Positions 23,610-33,196 of a DNA stretch of 64,000 nt are shown piece by piece. The notes under the pieces were generated by a model. That model was given only the letters and a program-made list of their open reading frames with translations. It searched no databases and was not told the origin of the DNA. The translations under genes were made by a program, and so were the position numbers. The DNA is from Burkholderiales bacterium (GTDB taxonomy: Bacteria > Pseudomonadota > Gammaproteobacteria > Burkholderiales > SHXO01), in NCBI GenBank assembly GCA_020854105.1, contig JADZGB010000041.1, forward strand, positions 2,809-66,808. Reading direction: 5' to 3'. Within the stretch, counting starts at the first letter, position 1; every line of letters begins with the position of its first letter.

Positions 23610-25304
23610 CTAGAGGTCGGTCACCGCCCCGCGGGAGGCATCGGCCACCAGCTTCGCGTACTTCGCCAGCACGCCGCTGGCATAGCGCGGCGCGGGCGCT
23701 TTCCATTGCGCCAGCCGCTGCGCCAGCTCGGCATCGCTCAATTCCACGTCCAGCCGGCGGTTGTCCACGTCGATCACCACCACGTCGCCGTCGCGCAGCG
23801 CGGCGATCGGCCCGCCTTCGGCGGCCTCGGGCACGATGTGGCCGATCACGAAGCCGCGCGTCGCGCCGGAGAAGCGGCCGTCGGTGATGAGCGCCACCGT
23901 CTCTCCCAGCCCGGCGCCCTGCAGCGCACCGGTGACCAGCTGCATCTCGCGCATGCCGGGTCCGCCCTTCGGGCCCTCGTAGCGCAGCACCATCACGTCG
24001 TTGGGCTGGATGCGCCCGGTCTTGATGGCGTGGAAGGCGTCTTCCTCGTTCTCGAACACGCGCGCGGGGCCGCGATGGAGCGACTTGTTCTGCCCCGAGA
24101 TCTTGATCACGCAGGCGCCGGGCGCCAGGCTGCCACGCAGGATGGCCAGACCGCCTTCCTTCTTCAGGGGCTGGTCCAGCGGCCTGATGACCTGCTGGCC
24201 GGCAGGCTCGCGCGCGCGCTCGATCTCCTCGCCCAGGGTGCGGCCGGTGACCGTCGCCTCGCCGGGGTGCAGCAGTCCGGCCTGCAGCAGGCGCTTGCCC
24301 ACCACCGGCATGCCGCCGGCTTCGTACATCTCCGGCGCGGTGTAGGTTCCCCAGGGGCGCATGTCGGCGATGACCGGCGTGCTGCGCGAGATGCGGTCGA
24401 AATCCTCGAGCGCCAGCGCGACACCGAAATCGTGTGCGGTCGCGAGCAGGTGCAGCACCGCGTTGGTCGAGCCGCCGGTGGCCATGACACCGGCGATGGC
24501 GTTCTCGAAGCTGCGGCGGGTGACGAGCTGGCGCGGCGTGATTCCCTTGAGTACCAGTTCCATGACCAGCCTGCCGCACTCGAAGGCGACATCGGCCTTG
24601 CCCGAGTCGACCGCCGGCACGTCGTTGGCGCCCATCGGGGCGATGCCCAGCATCTCGTAGGCGGTGGCCATGGTGTTGGCGGTGAACTGACCGCCGCAGG
24701 CGCCGGCCCCCGGACAGGCGTGGTCCTCGACGTCCTTGAACTCCTCCTCGCTGATGCGGCCCGCGTTGAACGCACCCAGCGCCTCGTATGCCTCCTGGAT
24801 GGTGAGCTTGCGCTCGCCGAACAGGCTGTTCGGCCGGGTGCACCTGCCCGCGGCAATCGAGCCGCCGTAGAGGGTCAGTCCCGGAATGTCGAGGCGGCCC
24901 AGCACCATGCCCATGGCAGGGATGGTCTTGTCGCAGCCCGAGATGGTCACGATGCCGTCGAACATGTGGCCGCGCGCCACCAGCTCCACGGAATCGGCGA
25001 TCACCTCCCGACTGACCAGGGAGGTCTTCATGCCTTCCGTGCCGGTGGTGATGGCGTCGTTGATGGCAACCGTGTTCACCTCGATGGGCGTGCCGCCCGC
25101 GGCGCGGATGCCCTCCATCACGCGCTGCGCCAGTTCACGGTGGTTCCAGTTGCACGGCATGGTGCCGATCCAGCAGTGCGCCACACCGATCTGCGGGCGT
25201 GCGAGATCGGCATCGGTGAATCCGACAGCCTTCATCATCGAGCGCGCGACGGCGCGGTCCGGCCCCTGCAGCAGTGTCCGGCTCTTGTGTGTGGGGTCGG
25301 CCAT
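23610..25304 (-). CDS. ilvD: Dihydroxy-acid dehydratase (IlvD/Edd family, short form)
   Basis: 564 aa from ATG 25304 within ORF 23610..25895. GTEGMKTSLVSREVIADS, GCDKTIPA, ACGGQFTANTM, GGSTNAVLHLLA, ITDGRFSGAT are present. The 5' extension in the ORF track is non-coding-like. Confidence 0.85.
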   Translation of the reverse strand: MADPTHKSRTLLQGPDRAVARSMMKAVGFTDADLARPQIGVAHCWIGTMPCNWNHRELAQRVMEGIRAAGGTPIEVNTVAINDAITTGTEGMKTSLVSREVIADSVELVARGHMFDGIVTISGCDKTIPAMGMVLGRLDIPGLTLYGGSIAAGRCTRPNSLFGERKLTIQEAYEALGAFNAGRISEEEFKDVEDHACPGAGACGGQFTANTMATAYEMLGIAPMGANDVPAVDSGKADVAFECGRLVMELVLKGITPRQLVTRRSFENAIAGVMATGGSTNAVLHLLATAHDFGVALALEDFDRISRSTPVIADMRPWGTYTAPEMYEAGGMPVVGKRLLQAGLLHPGEATVTGRTLGEEIERAREPAGQQVIRPLDQPLKKEGGLAILRGSLAPGACVIKISGQNKSLHRGPARVFENEEDAFHAIKTGRIQPNDVMVLRYEGPKGGPGMREMQLVTGALQGAGLGETVALITDGRFSGATRGFVIGHIVPEAAEGGPIAALRDGDVVVIDVDNRRLDVELSDAELAQRLAQWKAPAPRYASGVLAKYAKLVADASRGAVTDL

Positions 25305-25384
25305 CGGTTCTACCTTCGTTCGTTTGAGAAATGGGCGCCTAGATGAGCATACCCGCGCTGCGCGGGCAAGGCCGCGGCGGCAAG

Positions 25385-25428
25385 AAAACAAAAAAATGGA
25401 CAAGGCCCGCCGCCGCGAGGCCTTGTCC
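25385..25428 (-). terminator. Rho-independent terminator on the minus strand, upstream of ilvD
   Basis: Minus strand reads ggacaaggcc-tcgcggcggcg-ggccttgtcc followed by atttttttgttttc. The T-run is on the minus strand only and ends 80 nt before the ilvD ATG. Confidence 0.8.
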
Positions 25429-25435
25429 GAACGAT

Positions 25436-25544
25436 GCAGGGCGTTCGCTCGTCTGCGGACGCGCCGGAACCGGTGGGAGCGGAGAGACTGGCCCGTACTC
25501 CCGAGGTTCCGCCGCGTCCTGGTCGCAGACGCGTCGCGCCCTGC
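25436..25544 (-). ncRNA. Candidate structured RNA (ilvD leader/attenuator or independent sRNA): long interrupted hairpin
   Basis: Five nested helices on the minus strand: gcagggcg/cgccctgc, gcgtctgcg/cgcagacg, ggacgcg/cgcgtcc, cggaacc/ggttccg, gggag/ctccc, closing the loop tacgggccagtctctccg. The terminator follows after 7 nt. No family recognised. Confidence 0.4.
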
Positions 25545-25881
25545 GGGACGTCTGAGCGCCGTCAGGGACAATGGAGGAGATACTAGCTGCCGGCCGGTTA
25601 CGGATGCCTTACCGATCGCGCAGCCCAAAGGCGGAGATGAAGACCGTCGCGGGCATGCGCGCGGAGGATGTGCGGGCGCGGGCGGTGTGCTTGTGTACAC
25701 TGCGGCTTCAGGAGGCAGGTAGGGAAGAATCCGATGTCTGCCTGTCGCGACAGCGCGCACAATACCAGCCGGCGCGGCGAGGGAGCGAGACCGGGCCGGC
25801 TTTCGCAGTCGCGCCCGATGGCGTCGGTGCACGCGCGCGCCATTGACGAGAATCACACGAACTGGATTGCAGAGTCGATCG

Positions 25882-26538
25882 ATGATGGAGCACATGGTGC
25901 GAGTCCTGCTCGCCGACGATCATGGGCTGGTACGCGCCGGCATTCGTGCGCTGCTACAGGACCTCGGCAACGTCGAGGTGGTGGGCGAGGCGGCCGACGG
26001 TCGCAGCGCCATCGAGATGGTCGGGCAGCTGCGGCCCGAGGTCGTGCTGATGGACATCTCGATGAAGGGCCTGAACGGGATCGAGGCCACTTCGCAGATG
26101 CAGAAGCATCACCCCGGCGTCCGGGTCGTGATCCTGTCCATGCACACCACCGAGGAGCACGTGGCGCAGGCCCTGCGCGCGGGCGCCAAGGGCTACATCG
26201 TCAAGGACGGGGCCACCGAGGAGCTGGGTACCGCGATCGACACGGTCATGCGCGGTGAGCGCTACGTGAGCCCGGGCGTGTCCCGCACCGTCGTGGACCG
26301 CCTGCTCCAGGACGCGAGCGCCGAACCCAACCCCCTCAGCCTTCTGACCCCCCGCCAGAAGGAGATCCTGCAGCTCATCGCGGAGGGCCGCTCCACCAAG
26401 GAGATCGCGCACGTGCTCGGCCTGAGCATCAAGACGGTGGAGACGCACCGGGCTCAGCTGATGCAGCGCCTCAGCATCCGCGACGTGCCAGGCCTGGTGC
26501 GCTACGCGCTGCGGGCCGGTCTCATCACCAACGACTAG
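25882..26538 (+). CDS. NarL/FixJ-family response regulator (REC plus LuxR HTH), orphan
   Basis: VRVLLADDH...VVLMDISMKG...ILSMH, then LTPRQKEILQLIAEGRSTKEIAHVLGLSIKTVETHR. Start is ATG 25882, 25885 or 25894. No histidine kinase is adjacent. Confidence 0.85.
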   Translation: MMEHMVRVLLADDHGLVRAGIRALLQDLGNVEVVGEAADGRSAIEMVGQLRPEVVLMDISMKGLNGIEATSQMQKHHPGVRVVILSMHTTEEHVAQALRAGAKGYIVKDGATEELGTAIDTVMRGERYVSPGVSRTVVDRLLQDASAEPNPLSLLTPRQKEILQLIAEGRSTKEIAHVLGLSIKTVETHRAQLMQRLSIRDVPGLVRYALRAGLITND

Positions 26539-26597
26539 CAGGCAACCGAGTGCCGGCGGTTGTCGACGGCAGCGCGATCCGGGAAAATGCGCGTTTG

Positions 26598-26627
26598 ACG
26601 GGCGGGCGACCGCCCGTTGCGTTTTTT
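26598..26627 (+). terminator. Rho-independent terminator after the response regulator gene
   Basis: acgggcgg-gcga-ccgcccgt followed by tgcgtttttt. Confidence 0.8.
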
Positions 26628-26676
26628 CGACCCGACTTCGCCGGCCCGCCAACGACGGGCGGCCCAGGAGACGCGC

Positions 26677-27783
26677 ATGGCCTCACTGCACGAGCTGAAC
26701 CGGCTCGGCCAATCCATCTGGCTGGACTTCATCGATCGCAACCTCCTGTCCAAGGGCGGCCTGGCACGCCTGGTGGAAGCGGGTGTCAGCGGCGTGACCA
26801 CCAATCCCACCATCTTCCACAAGGCGATCACCGGCAGCGCCGATTACGACGCATCCATCCGCGCGCTGATCCAGCGCGACCCCTCCATGTCGCCCGAGCA
26901 GTTGACCGAGGCGCTGATGGTGGCCGACGTGCAGTCCGCGGCCGACGTGCTGCGCCCGGCATTCGAGCGCACCGCGGGCGCGGATGGCTACGTGAGTCTG
27001 GAGGTGTCGCCGGACCTGGCCTTCGACGCCGGCCGTACGGTGCACATGGCGCACCAGCTGTGGAAGGCGGTGGATCGCCCCAACGTGATGATCAAGGTAC
27101 CCGGCACGCGCGAGGGCGTGGACGCGTTCGAGACGCTCACCGCCGACGGCATCAACGTCAACGTGACGCTGCTGTTCTCGGTGGCGCGCTACGAGGAGGT
27201 GGTGCGCGCCTGGACGCGCGGCCTGTCGCGTGCGGCGAAACCGCAGTCGGTCGCCTCGGTCGCGTCCTTTTTCGTCAGCCGGGTGGACGGCAAGGTGGAC
27301 ACGCAGCTGGAGGCGATCGGCACGCCGCAGGCCCTGGCGCTGCGCGGCCGGATCGCCATCGCTAATGCACGCCTGGCCTACGAACGCTTCCAGGCGCATC
27401 GCGCCGACCCGGCAGTAGCCGTGCTGCTCGCACGCGGTGTGCGTGCGCAACGGCCGCTGTGGGCGAGTACCAGCACCAAGAACCCGGCCTACCGCGACGT
27501 GCTGTACGTCGAGACGCTCATCGGCCCGGACACGGTGAACACGCTTCCCCCGGACACGCTGGATGCCTTCCTCGACCACGGCGAGGCGCGCGCAACGATC
27601 TCCTCGGACATGGTGCGCGTGCACGGCGATCTGGCGGCGCTGCGTCCGCTCGGGATCGACATGGACGCGGTGACGGCACAGCTCGAGTCGGAAGGCGTGG
27701 CCTCGTTCGCGGATTCCTGGCAGAAGCTTCTCGACGGTGTGAAGGCCAAGTGCCTGCAGGTGGCAGGTGCGGCGCCGGGCTGA
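26677..27783 (+). CDS. tal: Transaldolase
   Basis: ATG 26677 follows aggaga. LGQSIWLDFIDRNLL, GVTTNPTIF, MIKVPGT and NVTLLFS are typical transaldolase blocks. Confidence 0.9.
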   Translation: MASLHELNRLGQSIWLDFIDRNLLSKGGLARLVEAGVSGVTTNPTIFHKAITGSADYDASIRALIQRDPSMSPEQLTEALMVADVQSAADVLRPAFERTAGADGYVSLEVSPDLAFDAGRTVHMAHQLWKAVDRPNVMIKVPGTREGVDAFETLTADGINVNVTLLFSVARYEEVVRAWTRGLSRAAKPQSVASVASFFVSRVDGKVDTQLEAIGTPQALALRGRIAIANARLAYERFQAHRADPAVAVLLARGVRAQRPLWASTSTKNPAYRDVLYVETLIGPDTVNTLPPDTLDAFLDHGEARATISSDMVRVHGDLAALRPLGIDMDAVTAQLESEGVASFADSWQKLLDGVKAKCLQVAGAAPG

Positions 27784-27876
27784 GGGCAGCGCGGGGCCTC
27801 CGGTATAATCCGCCGGTTTCCTGCCGGAGTCATCGGCCTTGGGCTTTGCGCGTTGTCGGATCGATGAGGCTGTGGC

Positions 27877-28497
27877 GTGCTGGAGGCAGTAGGGCTGGCG
27901 TGCATGCGCGGCCAGCGGCGGCTGTTCGGCGACCTGAACTTCCGCGTCCCGCCGGGCGAAGCGCTGTGGGTGTCCGGTCCCAACGGCAGCGGCAAGACCA
28001 GTCTGCTGCGCATGCTGTGCACGCTGCTGGCTCCCGAGGCCGGCGAGGTGCGCTGGCGGGGCCGGCCGGTGCGGTCACTGGGCGAGGCGTATCGCGCGGA
28101 GCTGGTCTATCTCGGTCATGCACCTGCGGTGAAGGACGATCTGAGCGGCCTGGAGAACCTGCGCTTCGCGCTGGCCCAGGAAGGCCGGCGCGTGAGCGAG
28201 GCCGCGCTGGTGGATGCCCTGCGCAGCTTCGGACTGGCCGGGCGCGAGGATCTGCCGGCGCGCGTGCTGTCCCAGGGTCAGCGCCGTCGCGTGTCCCTGG
28301 CGCGGCTGCTGTTCTGTGGCGATCGTCCGCTGTGGATCCTGGACGAGCCGCTCACCGCCCTGGACGCGCAGGCGGTCGAGCTGGTGCGTGCGCTGATCTC
28401 GGGGCATCTGGGCCGGGACGGCCTGGTGGTGCTGACCAGTCATCAGGAGGTCGATCTGAGCGGCGTGAAGGTGCAGCAACTGCGCATGGTGGGTTGA
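27877..28497 (+). CDS. ccmA: Heme exporter ATP-binding protein CcmA
   Basis: GTG start. Walker A GPNGSGKTSLLR, signature LSQGQRRRVSLARL, Walker B WILDEP. First gene of the ccm operon. Confidence 0.9.
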   Translation: MLEAVGLACMRGQRRLFGDLNFRVPPGEALWVSGPNGSGKTSLLRMLCTLLAPEAGEVRWRGRPVRSLGEAYRAELVYLGHAPAVKDDLSGLENLRFALAQEGRRVSEAALVDALRSFGLAGREDLPARVLSQGQRRRVSLARLLFCGDRPLWILDEPLTALDAQAVELVRALISGHLGRDGLVVLTSHQEVDLSGVKVQQLRMVG

Positions 28498-28501
28498 AAG
28501 A

Positions 28502-29212
28502 GTGGAAGCGGTATTGAATCCGGCGCACGAGGGCCGAGCCGGGCTCGCTGCGGTGTTCGTCTCCGTGGTCCAGCGCGATCTGCTGCTCGCGGTGCGCCGG
28601 CGTGCCGACGTCCTCACCAGCTTCTTCTTCTTCATTATCGTCGTGAGCCTCTTTCCCCTGGGCGTCGGCCCGGAACCGAACACGCTGCGCGAGATCGCAC
28701 CGGGAGTGGTCTGGGTGGCGGCGCTGCTCGCCTCCATGCTCGCCCTGCAGCGCCTGCTGGCAAGCGACTACGCCGACGGTACGCTGGAGCAGCTGGCGCT
28801 GTCGGCACAACCGCTCACCCTGCTCGTGCTCGCCAAGATCCTGGCGCACTGGCTCGTCACCGGGATCCCGCTGGTCCTGATCGCACCGCTGCTCGGCCTG
28901 CAGTTCGACCTCCCGGTCGAGGGTCTGGTGGCGATGACTGCCGGACTGCTTCTCGGCACGCCGGTGCTGTCGCTGGTCGGCGCGATCGGCGCCGCCCTCA
29001 CGCTGGGCGTGCGCGGAGCCGGGGGGCTGGTCGCACTGCTGGTCCTGCCGCTCTACATCCCGGTGCTCATCTTCGGCGCGGGCGCGGTGAGCGCGGCGGT
29101 GTCCGGCCAGTCAGTGGAGGGGCACATGTCCCTGCTCGCGGCCTTCCTGCTGTTCTCGCTGGCAGCCGCACCGTGGGCGAGCGCGGCAGCCATCCGCATC
29201 GCGGTGGAGTAG
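28502..29212 (+). CDS. ccmB: Heme exporter membrane protein CcmB
   Basis: GTG start (uncertain). RDLLLAVRRRADVL...FFFIIVVSLFPLGVGP...DGTLEQL is typical of CcmB. Confidence 0.9.
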   Translation: MEAVLNPAHEGRAGLAAVFVSVVQRDLLLAVRRRADVLTSFFFFIIVVSLFPLGVGPEPNTLREIAPGVVWVAALLASMLALQRLLASDYADGTLEQLALSAQPLTLLVLAKILAHWLVTGIPLVLIAPLLGLQFDLPVEGLVAMTAGLLLGTPVLSLVGAIGAALTLGVRGAGGLVALLVLPLYIPVLIFGAGAVSAAVSGQSVEGHMSLLAAFLLFSLAAAPWASAAAIRIAVE

Positions 29213-29215
29213 GCG

Positions 29216-29971
29216 ATGGAACTCAACATCTGGCGCTTCGCCTCGCCGCAGGTGATCTACCCGATTGCCGGGCGCATGGTGCCGGTGTTCATGGCACTTG
29301 CGGCGTTGTTCACCCTCGCGGGCCTGTACATCGCCTTCTTCGTGGCCCCGACCGACTTCCAGCAGGGGGAGTCCTACCGCATCATCTTCATCCACGTCCC
29401 GGCGGCCTGGATGTCCATGCTCATCTACCTGGTGATGGCGTTCTGGTGTGCGGTGGGCATGATCATGAACACGCGCCTGTCGTTCATGATGGCGCTCGCG
29501 CTCGCGCCCACCGGTGCGTTCATGACCTTCATCGCGCTGTGGACCGGCGCGCTGTGGGGCAAGCCCACCTGGGGTACGTGGTGGGTGTGGGACGCGCGCC
29601 TGACCTCCGAGCTGATCCTGCTGTTCCTGTACGTGGGCTTCATGTCGCTGCACGCGGCCATCGACGACGTGCGCCGCGCCGACCGCGCCGCGGGCCTGCT
29701 GGCGCTGGTCGGCGTGGTGAACGTGCCGATCATCTATTTCTCCGTGCAGTGGTGGAACACGCTGCATCAGGGCGCGTCGGTGAGCCTGACCCGCGCGCCC
29801 TCGATGGCCTCCACCATGCTGGCGGGCATGCTGGTGATGACCATCGCGGCGTGGATGTACGGCATCGCCATGAGCCTGATGCGACTGCGCACCATCGTCC
29901 TGGAGCGCGAAGCCGATTCGGACTGGGTGCAGGAACTGTTCGCGTCGCCGGCTTGCGGAGCGAAGGCATGA
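29216..29971 (+). CDS. ccmC: Heme exporter protein CcmC
   Basis: WWD-type tryptophan-rich motif WGKPTWGTWWVWDARLTS and conserved His residues. Confidence 0.95.
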   Translation: MELNIWRFASPQVIYPIAGRMVPVFMALAALFTLAGLYIAFFVAPTDFQQGESYRIIFIHVPAAWMSMLIYLVMAFWCAVGMIMNTRLSFMMALALAPTGAFMTFIALWTGALWGKPTWGTWWVWDARLTSELILLFLYVGFMSLHAAIDDVRRADRAAGLLALVGVVNVPIIYFSVQWWNTLHQGASVSLTRAPSMASTMLAGMLVMTIAAWMYGIAMSLMRLRTIVLEREADSDWVQELFASPACGAKA

Positions 29972-30147
29972 ACTGGGGCAGCGCGGCGGAGTTCTTCGCC
30001 ATGGGCGGCTATGCCACGTACGTGTGGGGCTCCTACGCCGTGAGCGTGCTGGTCATCGTCGGCGAACTCCTGCTGCACGGCCGGCGCCGACGAACTTGCC
30101 TGCGGCGCCTGGGTCGTAGGGTGAGACCGGAGAAAAATCCTTCATGA
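29968..30147 (+). CDS. ccmD: Heme exporter protein CcmD
   Basis: 59 aa, [31 protein letters not shown]... ATGA overlaps both ccmC and ccmE. Hidden inside the spurious ORF 29173..30147. Confidence 0.8.
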   Translation: MNWGSAAEFFAMGGYATYVWGSYAVSVLVIVGELLLHGRRRRTCLRRLGRRVRPEKNPS

Positions 30148-30602
30148 AGCCAAGACACAAGCGCCTGACCCTGATCGTGGCCGGGCTGGCCGCGCTCGGC
30201 GGTGCCGCCGCGTTCGTACTCAACGCGTTCCAGAGCAATCTGGTGTTCTTCTACAGTCCCACGCAGGTGGCGGCGCACGAGGCGCCCGCCGGCAAGTCCT
30301 TCCGCATCGGAGGGCTGGTGCAGACCGGCAGCCTGCAGCGCGAGGCCGACGGGATCACCATACGGTTTGCCGTGACCGATACCGCGCACATCGTCCCCGT
30401 TGCCTACAAGGGCATCCTTCCGGACCTGTTCAAGGAAGGCAAGGGCGTGGTCGCGCAGGGGCAATTGGGAACGGACGGCGTGTTCCAGGCGAAGGAGGTG
30501 CTGGCCAAGCACGACGAGAACTACATGCCCCCGGAAGCGGCGGAAGCGGTGGAGCGCGCGCACAAGTCGGTGCAGCAGTCGCAGAAGACCCTAGTGCAGT
30601 AG
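30144..30602 (+). CDS. ccmE: Cytochrome c-type biogenesis heme chaperone CcmE
   Basis: 152 aa. TM anchor, IRIGGLV-type OB fold and the heme-binding motif [12 protein letters not shown]. Confidence 0.95.
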   Translation: MKPRHKRLTLIVAGLAALGGAAAFVLNAFQSNLVFFYSPTQVAAHEAPAGKSFRIGGLVQTGSLQREADGITIRFAVTDTAHIVPVAYKGILPDLFKEGKGVVAQGQLGTDGVFQAKEVLAKHDENYMPPEAAEAVERAHKSVQQSQKTLVQ

Positions 30603-30612
30603 CGGTGAACGC

Positions 30613-32619
30613 ATGATTCCCGAACTCGGTCATTTCGCCCTCATCGTCGCGCTGTGCATCGCGGTCGTGCTCGCGGTCGTTCCGATGCTGGGAAGCTTCC
30701 GCGGCGACGCGCGCTGGATGGCGGTGGCGCGGCCGGCCGCCCACGGCCAGTTCGTCTTCGTGGCCATCGCCTACGGCTGCCTCGCCTGGTCCTTCGTGAC
30801 CAACGACTTCTCCGTGCTCAACGTCGCGAGCAATTCCAACAGCAGCCTGCCCGCACACTACCGTTTCGCGGCGAGCTGGGGCAGCCACGAGGGTTCGCTA
30901 TTGCTGTGGGTGCTGATGCTTTCGACGTGGACGCTGGCGGTGAGCGTGTTCAGCCGGCAGCTGCCGAAGGAGATGCTGACGCGCGTGCTGTCGGTCATGG
31001 GCATGATCGCCATAGGCTTCCTGTTGTTCATGCTGTTCACTTCCAACCCGTTCGAGCGCCTGCTGCCCGCGGCCGAGGACGGCCGGGACCTCAATCCGCT
31101 GCTGCAGGACCCGGGCATGGTGATCCACCCGCCCATGCTGTACATGGGCTACGTGGGCATGTCCGTGGTATTCGCCTTCGCCGTTGCCGCGCTGCTCAGC
31201 GGACGTCTGGATGCCGCTTGGGCGCGCTGGTCGCGGCCCTGGACCACCATCGCCTGGGCCTTCCTCACCGTCGGCATCTGTCTGGGCAGCGCCTGGGCCT
31301 ACTACGAACTGGGCTGGGGCGGGTGGTGGTTCTGGGATCCGGTCGAGAACGCGTCCTTCATGCCCTGGCTGGTCGGCACGGCGCTGGTGCACTCGCTCGC
31401 CGTCACCGAGAAGCGCGGCGGCTTCAAGATCTGGACGGTGCTGCTGGCCATCCTCGCGTTCTCGCTCTCGCTGCTCGGCACCTTCCTGGTACGCTCGGGC
31501 GTGATTACCTCGGTGCACGCCTTCGCCACCGATCCGGCGCGCGGCGTGTTCATTCTCGCCTTCCTGGCCGTGGTGATCGGCGCCTCGCTGCTGCTCTTCG
31601 CCTGGCGCGCTCCGAGCGTCGGTGTGGGCGGCAGGTTCGGACTGGTCTCGCGCGAGTCGATGCTGCTCACCAACAACGTCCTGCTGCTGGTGGCGGCCGG
31701 CGCGGTCCTGCTGGGGACGCTCTATCCGCTGTTCCTGGACGCACTGGGGCTTGGCAAGCTGTCGGTCGGACCTCCGTACTTCGAGGCGGTATTCGTGCCT
31801 CTGATGGCGCCAGCCCTGTTTCTCATGGGCATCGGCCCGATCGCACGCTGGAAGGAGGCCAGACTGCCCGAACTGGCCGTACGGCTGCGCTGGGCCTTCG
31901 CCGTCGCCGTGCTGTGCGCGATCGTGCTGCCCTACACGCTGGGCAGATGGACGCCGCTCATCGCGCTCGGCCTGCTGCTCGCCGTGTGGATCATCGGGGC
32001 CGGATTCGTGAACCTGCGCGAGCGGCTCGTGCAACTCGGGGCAAGCGGTACGCGCTCCCTCGGCGAGCGCCTGCGCAGTCTGCCGCGAGGCTACTGGGGC
32101 ATGCTGGTCGCGCACTTCGGCGTGGCAGTGTTCATCATCGGCGTGACCATGGTGCGCGGCTACGAGACCGAGAAGGACGTGCGCATGAAGGTGGGCGACA
32201 CGGTGGAGGTCGGCGGCTACACCTTCCGTCTGGAGGGACTGGACCGCATCCAGGGCCCGAACTACGAATCCACGCGCGGGCACGTATCTGCGTCCCGCAA
32301 CGGGCGCCAGGTGGCGCTGCTGCATCCCGAGAAACGCTTCTATCCCGTGCAGCAGATGCCGATGACCGAGGCGGACATGGATTCCGGTTTCACCCGCGAC
32401 CTGTACGTGTCGCTGGGCGAGCCCGTGGGTGACGGCTCATGGGTGGTGCGCGTATATCACAAGCCCTTCATCGACTGGATCTGGGGCGGATGCTTCCTGA
32501 TGGCGATCGGCGGTGTCCTGGCAGTGAGCGACCGCCGCTATCGTCTCGCCCGGAAGCAGCAGGGTGCTGCCGCGAACAGCGCAGGCACGGCGTCGCCGGC
32601 CCCAGCGCCTTCGGCATGA
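30613..32619 (+). CDS. ccmF: Cytochrome c heme lyase subunit CcmF
   Basis: 668 aa polytopic membrane protein with the WWD motif GWGGWWFWDPVENASFMPW. Confidence 0.95.
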   Translation: MIPELGHFALIVALCIAVVLAVVPMLGSFRGDARWMAVARPAAHGQFVFVAIAYGCLAWSFVTNDFSVLNVASNSNSSLPAHYRFAASWGSHEGSLLLWVLMLSTWTLAVSVFSRQLPKEMLTRVLSVMGMIAIGFLLFMLFTSNPFERLLPAAEDGRDLNPLLQDPGMVIHPPMLYMGYVGMSVVFAFAVAALLSGRLDAAWARWSRPWTTIAWAFLTVGICLGSAWAYYELGWGGWWFWDPVENASFMPWLVGTALVHSLAVTEKRGGFKIWTVLLAILAFSLSLLGTFLVRSGVITSVHAFATDPARGVFILAFLAVVIGASLLLFAWRAPSVGVGGRFGLVSRESMLLTNNVLLLVAAGAVLLGTLYPLFLDALGLGKLSVGPPYFEAVFVPLMAPALFLMGIGPIARWKEARLPELAVRLRWAFAVAVLCAIVLPYTLGRWTPLIALGLLLAVWIIGAGFVNLRERLVQLGASGTRSLGERLRSLPRGYWGMLVAHFGVAVFIIGVTMVRGYETEKDVRMKVGDTVEVGGYTFRLEGLDRIQGPNYESTRGHVSASRNGRQVALLHPEKRFYPVQQMPMTEADMDSGFTRDLYVSLGEPVGDGSWVVRVYHKPFIDWIWGGCFLMAIGGVLAVSDRRYRLARKQQGAAANSAGTASPAPAPSA

Positions 32620-32674
32620 TGGTGCGCGCGACAGCCCGACTACGGCCAGCCATGCGCGGAGGCCTGATCCAGTG

Positions 32675-33196
32675 ATGCGCTTTCTCATCCCGCTGGCGGT
32701 CTTCGTCGTCCTGCTGGTGTTTCTCGGCATTGGCCTGAACCTGAAGCCGCGCGAGGTGCCGTCCCCGCTGATCGACAAGCCGGCGCCGGCATTCAGCCTC
32801 GCGCGCCTGGATGATCCGGCCGCCAGTGTGAGCCTGCAGGACATGCGCGGCAAGGTCTGGGTCCTCAACGTGTGGGCCTCGTGGTGCGTGGCCTGCCTCG
32901 ACGAACATCCGCACCTGGTCGAATTCTCCCGCAAGGGCCTGGTACCCCTCTATGGGCTGAACTACAAGGACGTGCCCGACGCGGCGCGCGCCTGGCTCGG
33001 CAAGCACGGCAATCCCTACGACGTCTCCATCGTCGATGCCGACGGGCGCGTGGGCATCGACTACGGCGTGTACGGTGTCCCCGAGACCTTCGTAATCGAC
33101 AGCCAGGGCGTGATCCGCTACAAGCACATCGGCCCGGTCACGCCGGAAGTCCTGCAGAACACCATCGAGCCGCTGGTGAGGCGGCTGCAATCGTGA
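32675..33196 (+). CDS. ccmG: Thiol:disulfide interchange protein CcmG/DsbE
   Basis: TM anchor and thioredoxin fold with WASWCVAC and GVYGVPETF. Confidence 0.9.
   Translation: MRFLIPLAVFVVLLVFLGIGLNLKPREVPSPLIDKPAPAFSLARLDDPAASVSLQDMRGKVWVLNVWASWCVACLDEHPHLVEFSRKGLVPLYGLNYKDVPDAARAWLGKHGNPYDVSIVDADGRVGIDYGVYGVPETFVIDSQGVIRYKHIGPVTPEVLQNTIEPLVRRLQS

Noticed and set aside
25610-25656. 15-codon minus-strand mini-ORF (MPATVFISAFGLRDR) as an ilv leader peptide
   Set aside because: It has no SD and only single Ile, Leu and Val codons rather than a run of regulatory codons. Its position relative to the hairpin does not suggest an antiterminator alternative that I could draw.
25571-25846. 91-aa plus-strand ORF (MEEILAAGRL...) in the gap between ilvD and the response regulator gene
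   Set aside because: It uses codons that are rare for this genome (ata, cta, tta) and lacks the third-position GC bias of real genes. It has no family resemblance and overlaps the structured-RNA region on the opposite strand.
27804-27809. Perfect TATAAT upstream of ccmA
   Set aside because: There is no acceptable -35 element at 16-19 nt (tgaggg or ctgagg), and no extended -10. It is not enough to call a promoter, but I note it as a possibility.
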